Shown here piece after piece: positions 46,522 to 47,132 of a stretch of DNA of 47,132 bases. This DNA is from Pseudomonadota bacterium. GTDB lineage: Bacteria > Bdellovibrionota_F > JAHFAK01 > JBDREC01. The translations under genes were made by a program, and so were the position numbers. Under the pieces are notes generated by a model. The model was not told where the DNA came from, did no database searches, and saw nothing but the letters and a program-made list of their open reading frames with translations. The stretch is taken from contig JBDREC010000068.1 of assembly GCA_043820105.1 (NCBI GenBank), positions 1-47,132 on the forward strand. Reading direction: 5' to 3'. How positions within the stretch are numbered: the first letter of the stretch is position 1; each line of letters starts with the position of its first letter.

Positions 46522-46869
46522 ATGAAAAGCAAATCATTATATTGGGTTCGTCCGTGACTACAATCATTGGGAAGCAAAGACACAAGTTTATTAGGATGTG
46601 TAAGTGGCTCAGGAAACTCTAGTGGAACTAGTTGGAATGCTTGTTGTTATTCAGGCACTAGTGCTAATGTAGAAGGTGTTGAATTATGCTACAGTGGCAA
46701 CTCTAACAATCAGACTAGCTACGCTTTTTATTGTGCTACAGGTACAGGTAATGATGGAGAATTGGGATGTAGTAGTGGTAGCGATTATTATTATACCAAC
46801 CCAGGAGCAAATTGTTCCAGCGGTGCTTCAAATTCTCCAACTGTTTGCGGGACTGGTGGCGTGAGGTAG
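46522..46869 (+). CDS. Cys/Ser/Gly-rich RiPP precursor-like peptide (ScmA-like), in-frame TGA at 46555-46557
   Basis: AAGGA RBS; MKSKSLYWVRP*LQSLG leader in frame with a core carrying seven Cx[ST]G motifs. Confidence 0.7.
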
Positions 46870-47132
46870 CGAAAAGTTTGCCTAACCTATGTATTATTCC
46901 CTCGTTTTTTTATTAATTATTAAACCTACCCTATTGCGTAATGATTTTAATTAGATTCTGCCTAAAAAGTGGGCAAAATAAATTGTAAAATACCTTATGT
47001 ACCTTATGTACGGAGGTGCAAACCTTTCCAGATTCCAGAATCCAAGTTTAGATTTTGGAAAGCTTTTCGGTATTTATTCTATATTTTCATCCCAACCACT
47101 TAATTTCATTCAACCCTACTTTTTTGGCATAA

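Noticed and set aside
40220-46557. Alternative genetic code to explain the in-frame TAG and TGA
   Set aside because: Conserved genes in the window end normally at TAG (typA) and TGA (nth, malQ) and are not interrupted.
2545-46864. Short antisense or alternate-frame ORFs in the track (e.g. 2545-2730, 7635-7982, 8139-8381, 15866-16258, 24716-24982, 43300-43632, 45857-46198, 46676-46864)
   Set aside because: They overlap well-supported genes and have no motifs or RBS; they are shadow ORFs.
41295-46869. C39 peptidase as the leader protease of the RiPP-like precursor
   Set aside because: It lies 4.5 kb away beyond housekeeping genes, is a lipoprotein rather than an ABC-transporter fusion, and the precursor has no double-glycine leader.
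47123-47132. TTGGCATAA at the window end as another sigma-54 -24 box
   Set aside because: The -12 element would fall outside the window, so it cannot be evaluated.

Overview
AT-rich bacterial chromosomal window (standard code 11: TAA, TAG and TGA all end genes). Gene content suggests a deltaproteobacteria/Bdellovibrionota-like lineage, which is an inference. Housekeeping genes: mnmA-mtaB-rnc-tRNA-Gly(GCC), queC, a B12-type radical SAM protein, Crp/Fnr regulator, GspE/PilB ATPase, nth, PilZ protein, xseA, ogg, psd, typA, malQ, CvfB-like protein and greB. Large secreted proteins: a DUF6531/RHS protein, an FG-GAP lipoprotein, and M16C, M49 and M23 peptidases. Best leads not shown by the ORF track: (1) two divergent, independently damaged four-helix-bundle genes joined by a perfect 25-bp inverted repeat that carries both RBSs, with hexamer-like repeats outside and gene fragments on both sides; (2) a Cx[ST]G-repeat, ScmA-like RiPP precursor with a WxxPxL leader broken by an in-frame TGA; (3) an ORF-less unit of about 85 nt between a sigma-54 promoter and an intrinsic terminator (candidate sRNA); (4) a C39 peptidase frameshifted at a G9 tract; (5) a missed 45-aa basic protein; (6) pervasive 6/7/8-mer tandem repeats, some in-frame inside genes, plus two REP-like families. 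All family calls come from motif recognition by eye; no database searches were run.
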